DNA from: Flavobacteriales bacterium
GTDB taxonomy: Bacteria > Bacteroidota > Bacteroidia > Flavobacteriales_D > CAJJDF01
Assembly (NCBI GenBank): GCA_018609055.1
Contig: JABAYJ010000003.1
Coordinates: 25,457-89,456, forward strand
DNA: 64,000 nucleotides
Reading direction: 5' to 3'
The number at the start of each line of letters is the position of its first letter. Positions within the stretch are counted from its first letter, which is position 1. Below the pieces are notes generated by a model. That model did not search any database. It was not told where the DNA came from and worked only from the letters and a program-made list of their open reading frames with translations. This document shows, piece by piece, positions 17,702 to 26,989 of the stretch. The translations under genes and the position numbers were made by a program.

Positions 17702-18622
17702 ATGGCTAAAAAGGATTTAGGCTTAGGAGATGATTTTCAAGAAAACGAAAAACGCCTTTTTAATAAGGATGGTTCTTTTAATGTTCGCAAAATTGGATTG
17801 CTAACTGGTGTAAGAGATATTTACGTTTACCTTACAGAAATTTCTTGGTCGCGATTTATCCCCATTCTCTTTTTAAGTTACTTTGCCTTGAATCTAATTT
17901 TTGCTTTAATTTATTACTTTGTTGGTGTAGAAAATTTAAGCGGAGCACGAACAGGAAGCGAACTTCAAAACTTTATGAGTTGTCTCTATTTTAGCTCACA
18001 AACCTTTACGACTGTAGGTTACGGAACTATTTCGCCAACAGGTGTTCCTGTCAATTTAATTGCATCTATCGAAGCTATGGTAGGACTTTTAAGTTTTTCT
18101 TTAGCAACTGGTTTATTATTCGGACGATTTGCAAGACCCAATCTAAAAATGAAATTCAGTGAAAACATTTTGATTTCTCCTTATGGAAAATCAACCGAAA
18201 AAGGATTGATGTTTAGAATTACAAATAGAAGAGATACTACTTTATTAGAAACATCTGCTCAGCTTATAGCAACTACTTCTTACCAAGATAAAAATGGGAA
18301 GATGAAACGTGATTTTGCCAGATTGAACCTAGAAATAAGTGAGATCAAAATGTTCCCATCACTTTGGACTGTAGTTCATCCAATTGATGAAGAAAGTATA
18401 TTTGCTAAGCATTCGTTAGAAGAGCTAATCAAACGAAATATTGAAGTTTTGGTAATGATAAAATCTCATGACGAAAGCTACGGAAGAGCAGTTTATGCGC
18501 GTACTTCTTACAAAGGAAATGAAATTATAGGGGATGCTAAATTCAAGACTTCTAGCCTGTTAAATGCTGAAGGTGAACTGACTTTAGATATTGATACAAT
18601 TGGAGAGTATTTAGAGCTTTAA
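17702..18622 (+). CDS. Inward-rectifier-type potassium channel (KirBac-like)
   Basis: Two TM helices flank a pore helix with the selectivity filter TTVGYG. The cytoplasmic C-terminal beta-rich domain is of IRK size. Confidence 0.8.
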   Translation: MAKKDLGLGDDFQENEKRLFNKDGSFNVRKIGLLTGVRDIYVYLTEISWSRFIPILFLSYFALNLIFALIYYFVGVENLSGARTGSELQNFMSCLYFSSQTFTTVGYGTISPTGVPVNLIASIEAMVGLLSFSLATGLLFGRFARPNLKMKFSENILISPYGKSTEKGLMFRITNRRDTTLLETSAQLIATTSYQDKNGKMKRDFARLNLEISEIKMFPSLWTVVHPIDEESIFAKHSLEELIKRNIEVLVMIKSHDESYGRAVYARTSYKGNEIIGDAKFKTSSLLNAEGELTLDIDTIGEYLEL

Positions 18623-18628
18623 GAAGGC

Positions 18629-19057
18629 TTATTCAAACTTAATTACGAACTTTTCTCTTTGTAATTCTTTAGAAAGTTTAGTCTTCTTATTTTGTTCTTC
18701 ACAAGCAAACACAAAGTAAATATCTCTGTCTATTTCAGAAATGTTTGATTCTCTATCATCTCGATTCTCAACTAGTCTATCCCAAGTGTTTTCTACCGTA
18801 AATGCGGCTTTTATCCAGCCATTTTCTACAACAACTCCTTTGTCAAATCTGTATCTAGGATCTTCTTTATCATAGTACCAGTATTGTTGAGCTTCTCTAT
18901 CACCAACAATTATAGATTTATCTGAATTGTATAAATCAGTTGCCATTGTCATCCCATCTACAAATCCGCAACCATCCTCATACTTATTGTTTACGCAATA
19001 AAAGATATTTTTGTTCGAAGGAAAATTAAACATAAAATCATCCCAAGTAGCTGTCAT
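18629..19057 (-). CDS. Hypothetical protein (142 aa, acidic, W/Y-rich)
   Basis: The ORF has coding-like composition and I recognise no motif. It sits directly downstream of a small lipoprotein ORF. Confidence 0.5.
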   Translation of the reverse strand: MTATWDDFMFNFPSNKNIFYCVNNKYEDGCGFVDGMTMATDLYNSDKSIIVGDREAQQYWYYDKEDPRYRFDKGVVVENGWIKAAFTVENTWDRLVENRDDRESNISEIDRDIYFVFACEEQNKKTKLSKELQREKFVIKFE

Positions 19058-19083
19058 AAAAACTCCCTCAGTTTTCTCTTTTA

Positions 19084-19275
19084 TTAAACTTTAAACTTAA
19101 ATGGTTTCTTTTTTAATGTTACAACATTATTTTTTGGAGAAACAATTGCTCCATCTTGCTTAACAGTAATAATAAAATAAGGTTCTTTTTCAGAAGTTGC
19201 CTTTTTGGATGTAGTACATCCAAACATCAATAAAGTAGCTAAACAAGCTACTAATAGTGCCTTTGTTTTGATCAT
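19084..19275 (-). CDS. Small lipoprotein (63 aa)
   Basis: An internal ATG gives MIKTKALLVACLATLLMFGCTTSKK (lipobox). The longer track start (19329) overlaps the pepD 3' end. Confidence 0.5.
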   Translation of the reverse strand: MIKTKALLVACLATLLMFGCTTSKKATSEKEPYFIITVKQDGAIVSPKNNVVTLKKKPFKFKV

Positions 19276-19280
19276 AAAAC

Positions 19281-20726
19281 TTAGTTTTTCATTGGAATAC
19301 TCTTCAATACCTCTTTGGTAAATTTCCAATATTTTTGAGCAGAAGAAATACTTGCTCTTTCATCAGGTGAGTGAGCTCCTTTAATTGTTGGCCCAAAAGA
19401 AATCATATCCATTTCTGGGTAGTTAGTTCCTAAAATACCACACTCTAATCCTGCATGGCAAGCCATTACGTGTGGCTTTTCATTAAATAATTCTTCATAT
19501 TTATTTTCCAATACAACCAATATTTCCGAATCTCTATTTGGTTTCCAACCTGGGTACGAACCTCCTGTTGAAACAGAAAATCCTGCCATCTCAAAAGTAG
19601 CTGTTAACGTATTTGCCATGTCCCATTTTCCTGATTCTACAGAAGAACGAGTTAAACACAACACTTCCATTTTCCCATCTTTAGCTTCTACTCTCGCTAC
19701 GTTATTAGATGTTTCTACCAAGTTTTCAATATCTGGCGACATTCTAAACACTCCATTATGAGCAGAATAAACTGCGTTAATTAGTGCTTTTTGATCAGAG
19801 GTAGACATTACACTTTCTGCATCATCAGTTGCTTGTAATAAAATTACTAAGTCTGGCTCTATTGTTTTGAACTCAGCAATAATTTCATTTTTAGCTGTTT
19901 CAAAAGCTGTATTAAAGTTCTCGATATCTTCCGTTACAATAACCGAATTACTTTCTCTTGGAATAGCATTTCTTAATCCTCCACCCATCACAGTTGCAAT
20001 TTGCATGTAGTTTTGAGTAGCATAAAAAATTCTATTCATCAATTTGTTTGCGTTTCCAAGTCCTTCGTGAATTTGCATTCCCGAGTGTCCTCCTTGCAAT
20101 CCTTTTACCGTTATTTTTAGAGCAGTTCCGTTTGCTTCCTCTTTTGTGTAAGCTCTAGAAACTGTTAAATCTACTCCTCCAGCACAACCAATGCTAAACT
20201 CGTCATCATCTTCTGTATCTAAGTTCAATAATATTTCTCCTGTTAAATAACCAGCTTGTAATCCAAGTGCTCCAGTCATTCCAGTTTCTTCATCAATAGT
20301 AAATAAAGCTTCAATTGTTGGGTGAGGAATATCTGTAGATTCCAAAATTGCCATAATTGTTGCAACTCCCAATCCGTTATCAGCTCCCAAAGTAGTTCCT
20401 TCAGCTTTTACCCAGTCTCCTTCAATTTTCATTTTAATTCCTTCCGAATCAAAATCAAAAACAGTCTCGTTATTTTTTTGATGAACCATGTCCAAGTGCG
20501 ATTGCATTACAATGGTCTTTCTATTTTCCATTCCAGCAGTAGCCGGTTTAGTTATAATCACGTTCTGAACAGGATCAATTACCACATCCAATCCTAAGTT
20601 TTTCCCAAAGTCAACCATAAACTGGATAACCCTTTCTTCTTTTTTAGAAGGCCTTGGTACAGCATTTAAATCTGCAAACTTGTTCCACAATTGTTTTGGC
20701 TCTAAATTTCTTACTTCTTGACTCAT
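19281..20726 (-). CDS. pepD: Aminoacyl-histidine (Xaa-His) dipeptidase, M20 family
   Basis: 481 aa. HLDMV, GADNG and IDEETGMTGA metal-ligand motifs typical of PepD, with C-terminal GPTIKGAHSPDE. Confidence 0.9.
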   Translation of the reverse strand: MSQEVRNLEPKQLWNKFADLNAVPRPSKKEERVIQFMVDFGKNLGLDVVIDPVQNVIITKPATAGMENRKTIVMQSHLDMVHQKNNETVFDFDSEGIKMKIEGDWVKAEGTTLGADNGLGVATIMAILESTDIPHPTIEALFTIDEETGMTGALGLQAGYLTGEILLNLDTEDDDEFSIGCAGGVDLTVSRAYTKEEANGTALKITVKGLQGGHSGMQIHEGLGNANKLMNRIFYATQNYMQIATVMGGGLRNAIPRESNSVIVTEDIENFNTAFETAKNEIIAEFKTIEPDLVILLQATDDAESVMSTSDQKALINAVYSAHNGVFRMSPDIENLVETSNNVARVEAKDGKMEVLCLTRSSVESGKWDMANTLTATFEMAGFSVSTGGSYPGWKPNRDSEILVVLENKYEELFNEKPHVMACHAGLECGILGTNYPEMDMISFGPTIKGAHSPDERASISSAQKYWKFTKEVLKSIPMKN

Positions 20727-20836
20727 TTTTGGTGTTTTATTTTTGAAGTATAAAGCTAAAGTTAATTAGCCGATATGCCAATTATTGAATCCTGCATTTG
20801 TACTCTATAGTTATGCTGACTATTATATAAAAAATG

Positions 20837-20903
20837 AAGCTGTCATTTCGAGTGGTATTTATTGGAGCGTTAGCGGAAAATAAAAATTGTATCGAGAAGT
20901 GAC
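20837..20903 (+). repeat. Intergenic repeat, GCTGTCAT family (copy C)
   Basis: AAGCTGTCATTTCGAGTGG...GTATCGAGAAGTGAC. The termini GTCATTTCGAG / TCGAGAAGTGAC form an imperfect inverted repeat. Confidence 0.5.
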
Positions 20904-20930
20904 TTTAAATAACAATTTCAACAAATTACC

Positions 20931-20938
20931 TTAACTTT
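20931..20938 (+). promoter_or_regulatory. Bacteroidota-type -7 promoter box (TAnnTTTG)
   Basis: TAACTTTG ends 5 nt before the ATG at 20944. That would imply a nearly leaderless mRNA, or another start or promoter. Confidence 0.3.
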
Positions 20939-20943
20939 GTACC

Positions 20944-21855
20944 ATGAAAAAGAGAACAACTAATAATCCTAGAGGCAGAAACAAAAATGTGGACGAGGAT
21001 AGATCGAAGAAGAGTGGGTTTAAAACAGCAGGAAGTTTTCACAAAGGAAGTGGTAAACCAGGAGCTAAAAGAGGAGAAAGCAAACCTTTTGGTGATAAAC
21101 CAAAAAGAAGTGGAAAATCAGCTCCAAAACGTTCTATGGATGGGAAAATTAGATTGAATAGATTTTTGGCTCAAGCCGGAATTTGCTCAAGAAGAGAAGC
21201 TGATGTTCTTATTGAAACTGGTGTTGTTGAAGTAAACAAAAAGATTGTAACTGAATTAGGTATTCGTATCGATCCACAAGTTGATGTTGTTCATTATGGT
21301 GGTGAAAAAATAAAAGTAGAGGGATATCAATACGTGCTATTGAATAAGCCTAAAGATTTTATTACAACTTCCAAAGATCCTCAAAACCGTAAAACGGTTA
21401 TGGAATTGATAAGTAATGCTTGTATTGAGCGTATTTATCCTGTAGGAAGATTAGATAGAAACACACTTGGGTTGTTATTATTTACAAATGATGGAATGTT
21501 GGCCGAAAAACTAACTCACCCTAGAAATGAAATAAACAAAACTTACCAAATTGAAGTAGACCAAACGATACAAGGTGGTCACATGAAGTTGATGCAAGAA
21601 GGTGTAGAATTAGATGATGGTTTTGCCAAAGTAGATTCTATTGATTATGCCGATAACGGAACAAACAAAAGTGGTGCAGTAATTACTTTGCACTCTGGTA
21701 GAAACAGAATTGTACGTAGAATTTTCGAACACTTTGATTACAAAGTAAAAAAACTTGATAGAATTCAGTTTGCTTCATTGACAAAAAAAGGATTACAAAG
21801 AGGAACTTGGAGGCACTTAACTGCTGAGGAAGTTGCGTTTTTGAAATCAATGTAA
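20944..21855 (+). CDS. rluB: Pseudouridine synthase, RsuA/RluB family, with basic N-terminal tail and S4 domain
   Basis: The first 65 aa are Lys/Arg/Gly-rich. S4 motif (IRLNRFLAQAGICSRREAD). Catalytic motif YPVGRLDRNTLGLLLFTNDG. Confidence 0.85.
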   Translation: MKKRTTNNPRGRNKNVDEDRSKKSGFKTAGSFHKGSGKPGAKRGESKPFGDKPKRSGKSAPKRSMDGKIRLNRFLAQAGICSRREADVLIETGVVEVNKKIVTELGIRIDPQVDVVHYGGEKIKVEGYQYVLLNKPKDFITTSKDPQNRKTVMELISNACIERIYPVGRLDRNTLGLLLFTNDGMLAEKLTHPRNEINKTYQIEVDQTIQGGHMKLMQEGVELDDGFAKVDSIDYADNGTNKSGAVITLHSGRNRIVRRIFEHFDYKVKKLDRIQFASLTKKGLQRGTWRHLTAEEVAFLKSM

Positions 21856-21857
21856 TC

Positions 21858-22370
21858 ATGGAAAAAGAAATCATAAATAAAGTAGCTAATAGTGGTTTAA
21901 TCAATCTGGATTTAGCAGATTATTACCCAAAAGGCGAACGTGTTGTTTATGACATAAAGCAAAATTTGTGGCAGGAATTTGTGCTGAAAGAAAAAGACTT
22001 TAGACTTTTTGTAAAAGAAAATGATTGGTCGGTTTATCAAGATAAATATGTGGCGTTAATTAATTCTGCTGATGCTATTGTACCTTCTTGGGCGTTTATG
22101 ATTTTGACAGATGCTCTGGAGCCATTTGCCAAAGAAGTAGTAAATGGAGATTTAGAAACTATGGAAACAGTTATCTTTTTAAACTCCATGGAAAAGAACC
22201 TAAACCCAAGTGACTACAAAGACCAAAGAGTAATTATTAAAGGATGCGGAGAAATTCCAATCCCAGATTCTGCATACGTAAAAGCCGTAAATTTACTTAA
22301 GCCAGTTGTTAAAAGCTTAATGTACGGAGAGGCTTGTTCGGCTGTGCCAGTTTTTAAGAAGAGGAAGTGA
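21858..22370 (+). CDS. Conserved hypothetical protein (DUF2480-like)
   Basis: 170 aa, starting 3 nt after rluB. The family assignment is from memory of Flavobacteriia annotations and was not verified. Confidence 0.5.
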   Translation: MEKEIINKVANSGLINLDLADYYPKGERVVYDIKQNLWQEFVLKEKDFRLFVKENDWSVYQDKYVALINSADAIVPSWAFMILTDALEPFAKEVVNGDLETMETVIFLNSMEKNLNPSDYKDQRVIIKGCGEIPIPDSAYVKAVNLLKPVVKSLMYGEACSAVPVFKKRK

Positions 22371-22409
22371 GTTAGGAGTTATAACTGATAATTATTAGTA
22401 TCTTTGATA

Positions 22410-23075
22410 ATGTATAAAGCACTAATAATTATATTGTTATTTCCTTTTTTTTCTTTTTCACAAGATTTTAAATTTGGAATAGAATTAGGCCCAAGTGTTA
22501 ATTTTCTTAGAGGTAGTTATCAGCCATATTACACTTATAAACCTGAGCCAACAATAAAATACTTTGCAGGTTTAAATTTCGAGTATCAATTTACTGAAAA
22601 TTTTTCTCTTAAAACAAGACTCATATTTGAAAATAAAGGTGGACTAATAAGTTATAAAAGCATTGATGGTTTCGATTCAAGTCAAGGAAATGTGACAAGA
22701 AACTTTACCTATGAATATATATCAATACCAATTCTAATAAAATACAAATTAGGAAAACAAAAACGATTCTACTTAACCTCCGGATTTAGTTTAGGGTATC
22801 TTCTACAAAGAAGATTAAGAATTAATTATTTCGACCAATATCAGTCTGAATTAATTTACTCAACTAGTAACACAAAAAAAATAGACTTTGGGTTTTTGAT
22901 GGGCTTTGGATGGGATATTCAAATAAGTGAAAAAATAAATTTCACTTTGGAATTGAATAATAACCTTGGTCTTATTGACACTAGTAATCTAGAGACATAC
23001 GGAGAAGGAGACATAAAGTCTAATTCGTCACAATTACTTTTTGGCTTCTCTTACCAATTTGGTAAATCAAAATAA
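22410..23075 (+). CDS. Outer-membrane beta-barrel protein (porin family / OmpA-beta-barrel-like)
   Basis: ATG at 22410 gives MYKALIIILLFPFFSFSQ (signal peptide). Alternating aromatic beta-strand pattern with a terminal F-containing strand (LLFGFSYQFG). Confidence 0.7.
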   Translation: MYKALIIILLFPFFSFSQDFKFGIELGPSVNFLRGSYQPYYTYKPEPTIKYFAGLNFEYQFTENFSLKTRLIFENKGGLISYKSIDGFDSSQGNVTRNFTYEYISIPILIKYKLGKQKRFYLTSGFSLGYLLQRRLRINYFDQYQSELIYSTSNTKKIDFGFLMGFGWDIQISEKINFTLELNNNLGLIDTSNLETYGEGDIKSNSSQLLFGFSYQFGKSK

Positions 23076-23219
23076 TAACGTCAAATATTCTCTGTAATAC
23101 TTCGACTCTACTCAATCTGATAACATAGTTAAAATCGTCCTTTTAAAATTGACTTTTTTTGCGTCAAGGCAAAAAGAAGAAAAGATTGTCTGATGAAAAA
23201 CAAATCACTATTTTTACTC

Positions 23220-24659
23220 ATGATTACAATCGAAAACTACATAAACGGAGAATTAGTGGCTCCTGTTGAAGGAAAATATTTGGATAATTACAATCCATCA
23301 AAAGGAGAAGTGTACAGCCAAATACCTAATTCGCAAGCAAATGATGTAGAGAAAGCGGTAAAAGCTGCCTCTGAAGCATTTCCTGAATGGAGTAAAAAAC
23401 CAAAAAATGAACGCTCCAAAATTTTAGTTCGTTTAGCTAATTTGATTGATGAAAATCTGGAAGAATTAGCCAAAGCAGAAGCTATGGATAATGGGAAACC
23501 TTATTCGCTAGCTACAAGAGTAGATATCCCAAGAGCAAGTGCCAACATTCGATTTTTTGCTACAGCAATTTTACACAATGCTTCGGAATCGCACCACATG
23601 GAAGAAGGGTTTACAAATTTTACATTAAACCATCCTCTTGGAGTTGTAGGTTGTATTTCGCCATGGAATTTGCCTTTGTATTTATTCACCTGGAAAATTG
23701 CTCCAGCAATTGCTTCGGGTTGTACCGTAGTTGCAAAACCGTCAGAAGTTACTCCAATGACTGCCTATTTGTTTTCTAAATTATGTATTGAAGCAGGAAT
23801 CCCAAAAGGAGTTCTAAATATAGTTCACGGACTTGGTGCTCATGCAGGTGATGCTATCGTTTCGCATCCAAAAGTAAAAGCAATATCCTTTACTGGAGGA
23901 ACTGCCACAGGAAAAATCATTGGAAGAAAAGCAGCAGATTCATTCAAAAAAACATCACTTGAACTAGGAGGTAAAAACCCAAATATCATCTTTGCAGATT
24001 GTGATTTTGATAAAATGCTGAGTACTACTTTGCATTCATCTTTTGCCAATCAAGGGCAGATTTGTTTGTGTGGATCCCGAATATTTATCGAAAAACCTAT
24101 TTACGAAAAATTTAAAAACGCTTTAGTTGAAAAACTAAAAACACACACTGTAGGCGATCCATTTAACAAAGAGACTAGAATGGGAGCTTTGGTATCCGAA
24201 GATCATTTAAATAAGGTTTTAGGATACGTAAGTCTTGCCGAAGAAGAAGGCGGAACTGTATTGTTTGGCGGAAATAGATTAACGATTGCTGGTAGCGAAA
24301 ACGGGTATTACATGGAACCAACAGTAATCGAAGGATTGGATTATAATTGTAGAACAAACCAAGAAGAAATTTTTGGCCCTGTGGTAACTCTTACTCCTTT
24401 CGAAACGGAAGAAGAAGTGCTTGAATATGCAAACTCCACTCAATATGGATTGGCTGCAACAGTTTGGACAGAAAACTTATCGAGAGCACACAGGGTTTCT
24501 CAAGAATTAGAATCGGGAATTGTGTGGGTAAACTGCTGGTTAGTGCGTGATTTACGAACTCCATTTGGTGGTGTGAAAAACTCAGGTCTTGGCCGTGAAG
24601 GTGGTTTTAGAGCTTTGGAATTTTTTACGGAACCTAAAAATGTTTGTATAAAGTATTAA
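23220..24659 (+). CDS. NAD(P)-dependent aldehyde dehydrogenase (2-hydroxy/aminomuconate-semialdehyde dehydrogenase-like)
   Basis: ATG at 23220 gives MITIENYINGELV, typical of ALDH N-termini. Motifs are present: ELGGKNP (catalytic Glu region), FANQGQICLCGSR (catalytic Cys) and EEIFGPV. Confidence 0.88.
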   Translation: MITIENYINGELVAPVEGKYLDNYNPSKGEVYSQIPNSQANDVEKAVKAASEAFPEWSKKPKNERSKILVRLANLIDENLEELAKAEAMDNGKPYSLATRVDIPRASANIRFFATAILHNASESHHMEEGFTNFTLNHPLGVVGCISPWNLPLYLFTWKIAPAIASGCTVVAKPSEVTPMTAYLFSKLCIEAGIPKGVLNIVHGLGAHAGDAIVSHPKVKAISFTGGTATGKIIGRKAADSFKKTSLELGGKNPNIIFADCDFDKMLSTTLHSSFANQGQICLCGSRIFIEKPIYEKFKNALVEKLKTHTVGDPFNKETRMGALVSEDHLNKVLGYVSLAEEEGGTVLFGGNRLTIAGSENGYYMEPTVIEGLDYNCRTNQEEIFGPVVTLTPFETEEEVLEYANSTQYGLAATVWTENLSRAHRVSQELESGIVWVNCWLVRDLRTPFGGVKNSGLGREGGFRALEFFTEPKNVCIKY

Positions 24660-24967
24660 CTTTTAGAAACCACATACTCAAGAGCCTCTTTAGCAAACTC
24701 TTCCCACTTTTCTTTATATTCATAAGGAACTTGAACCCATTCTTTCATAGCTCTTCCTTTTTTGGAAGGATCAAATAATTGTGAGCCATCTAGACTTAAT
24801 GCATCTGAATGAGATTCTCCTGAAAGTTTAAAAACCATTTCATTTTCAAAAAAACAAACAAATGCTTTTTTGTTAATCTTGAAGCAGGGTTTTCCAAACA
24901 TCTGGCTTTCTTCGGCATCTGAAATTACATTGCTAATAAAAAGATAATATTTGTTTTCTTCAGTCAA
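24656..24967 (-). CDS. Hypothetical protein (103 aa; TfoX-N / YjbR-like pattern, weak)
   Basis: MFGKPCFKINKKAFVCFFENEMVFKL resembles the core strand pattern of those small alpha/beta families. The assignment is tentative. Confidence 0.4.
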   Translation of the reverse strand: MTEENKYYLFISNVISDAEESQMFGKPCFKINKKAFVCFFENEMVFKLSGESHSDALSLDGSQLFDPSKKGRAMKEWVQVPYEYKEKWEEFAKEALEYVVSKS

Positions 24968-24969
24968 AA

Positions 24970-25427
24970 CTATACTCCAAATTGTGTTAAATGATGATCA
25001 GCATGTTTGTAAAACATATTGTTCCATTCCGTTTTATTTAATGGGCCAAAAGAATGAGATTCTTTTCCGTCAAAAGCAGATTCTCCTTCTTGTTGAACAT
25101 ATTCATGAACTCAATTAAACGTGCTTTTTCATCAGCAAATACTTTCTCTTCAGTAATAATAAACTCGGGAGCTGTTCTACCGTTTTTAGGATAAGACTTT
25201 TCATCACACACCATGTTTTTTGCAAATAATTTAATCATAAATTTCTTAAAGCCAGTGGCTTTAGTTGCTTTATGTTTATCGGTATATACAAATTCATAGG
25301 CAACACTCAAATGTGCAAACATTTGTGCAACTCCCATTTTACCCCATTGAGGTTGAGTTTCTGGACTTAGTTTTTCAATTCGTGCGATTACTTCGTCTGT
25401 AACCGATTTTTCAAAAATATTTTTCAT
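24970..25427 (-). pseudogene. DUF1569 (DinB-like) family gene interrupted by a 1-nt frameshift
   Basis: The ORF 25038-25427 ends artificially (…LIEFMNMFNKKEN…AH*). The adjacent frame continues VHEYVQQEGESAFDGKESHSFGPLNKTEWNNMFYKHADHHLTQFGV*, stopping at 24970-24972. That is the recognisable family C-terminus. The shift maps to about 25107-25112 (GAGTTCATGAA, consistent with loss of one T). Confidence 0.7.
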
Positions 25428-25485
25428 GGCTTTTTATTTTATAACGATTCTAAAAATTGAAAAAGGGACACAAATTCATCTTTAT

Positions 25486-25971
25486 TTATAGGTTGAAACT
25501 ACTCAATAATTCTGAAATATTTACTTCCTTCGATTCATTAATATCAAATTTCTTTCCTAAAACACCCCATACTTTTGCTTGAGCTTGCCCTTTAATTCTG
25601 AAAGTAATTGTTTTTTTGAACAAGGCTCTTTTAATCAAAGGAACGAGTTTGTCTTTTAATGCGTTTTCTTCCAATAACAATCCTAAAGTATACACTTTTT
25701 CTGTTTTCTTGTCTATTTTCAAATCATCAACCATTGTAGCTAAACCAAGTTCATCTTCACCCAAAAAAACTTTAAAATCAGATTTTTTTAACTTGATAGA
25801 ATAGAAATTTGGATTGTTTATTTTGAATTCAATATTCGCTAAAATACTAGAATCACTTTTTTCAAAACTATAGTTTTCTACTCCAAGCATTTCTACTTCT
25901 TCGTATAACGAACAAGATGAAACAGTTAGCATCAATATCAATGCAGGAAATAAATAAAGTTTCTTTAACAT
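25486..25971 (-). CDS. LEA type 2 / NDR1-HIN1-like lipoprotein
   Basis: Lipobox (LMLTVSSCS). Beta-sandwich-like sequence (FKINNPNFYSIKLKKSDFKVFLGEDELG) typical of LEA_2/WHy domains. Confidence 0.6.
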   Translation of the reverse strand: MLKKLYLFPALILMLTVSSCSLYEEVEMLGVENYSFEKSDSSILANIEFKINNPNFYSIKLKKSDFKVFLGEDELGLATMVDDLKIDKKTEKVYTLGLLLEENALKDKLVPLIKRALFKKTITFRIKGQAQAKVWGVLGKKFDINESKEVNISELLSSFNL

Positions 25972-25972
25972 A

Positions 25973-26989
25973 CTATATAGTGGATTTAAACTGGTTCAAA
26001 AATCGAACGTCATTCTCAAAAAACATTCTTAAGTCATTTATCTGGTACTTCAACATGGCTATTCGCTCTACTCCCATTCCAAATGCAAATCCTGTGTAAA
26101 CTTTAGAATCTATACCACAGTTTTCTAGTACATTAGGATCAACCATCCCACATCCTAATATTTCAAGGAATCCAGTATGTTTACATACGTTACATCCTTT
26201 TCCTGAGCAAATAATACAACTTACATCTACCTCAGCACTTGGTTCAGTAAATGGGAAATATGAAGGTCTTAATCTAATTTCTGTTTTGTCTCCAAACATC
26301 TCTTTGGCAAAATAAAGTAGTGTTTGTTTTAAATCGGCAAACGATACATTTTTATCAATATACAATCCTTCTACTTGATGAAAGATACAATGCGCACGAG
26401 CAGAAATCGCTTCATTTCTAAATACTCTCCCTGGTGAAATCGTTCTTATTGGTGGAGTAGAGTTTTCCATTACTCTAACCTGAACACTTGATGTATGAGT
26501 TCTTAAAGCATTTTCTTTATCAATAAAAAAAGTGTCTTGCATGTCTCTTGCAGGATGTTCTTTCGGGAAATTTAAAGCAGAAAAATTATGCCAATCGTCC
26601 TCAATTTCTGGTCCTTCTGATATAGAATATCCTATTCGAGAAAATATTTCTATAATCTCATTTTTTACAATAGATAATGGGTGTCTAGATCCTAGGTTAT
26701 CATCTGAAATTGGTAAGGATAAATCTAAAAAACTATCTCCTTCATCTTCTTTCTGAGCAAAGCTAGATGATAATTCAATTATCTTTTCTTCCGTTTTATT
26801 ACGGAGTTTGTTTAGCAATAATCCTACTTCTTTCTTCTGGTCGTTAGCTACAGTTTTAAAAGAATTAAACAACTCCTTTAACTCTCCTTTTTTACCTAAA
26901 ATCTTAATCCTAAGTTGCTCTACTTCATCAAGCTTAGAAGCTTTAAAAGCACTAACTTCTTCCAGTAATTGTTCTATTCTATCTTTCAT
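25973..26989 (-). CDS. pheS: Phenylalanine--tRNA ligase alpha subunit
   Basis: N-terminal coiled-coil. Class II motifs are present (HPARDMQDTFF, GRVFRNE, FGMGVERIAML). Confidence 0.93.
   Translation of the reverse strand: MKDRIEQLLEEVSAFKASKLDEVEQLRIKILGKKGELKELFNSFKTVANDQKKEVGLLLNKLRNKTEEKIIELSSSFAQKEDEGDSFLDLSLPISDDNLGSRHPLSIVKNEIIEIFSRIGYSISEGPEIEDDWHNFSALNFPKEHPARDMQDTFFIDKENALRTHTSSVQVRVMENSTPPIRTISPGRVFRNEAISARAHCIFHQVEGLYIDKNVSFADLKQTLLYFAKEMFGDKTEIRLRPSYFPFTEPSAEVDVSCIICSGKGCNVCKHTGFLEILGCGMVDPNVLENCGIDSKVYTGFAFGMGVERIAMLKYQINDLRMFFENDVRFLNQFKSTI

Noticed and set aside
19050-19095. Programmed -1 frameshift joining the 63-aa lipoprotein ORF to the 142-aa ORF at TTTAAAG.
   Set aside because: In the zero frame the sequence reads TTT-AAA-G, not the X-XXY-YYZ phasing needed for tandem slippage. 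No downstream stem-loop or pseudoknot is evident.
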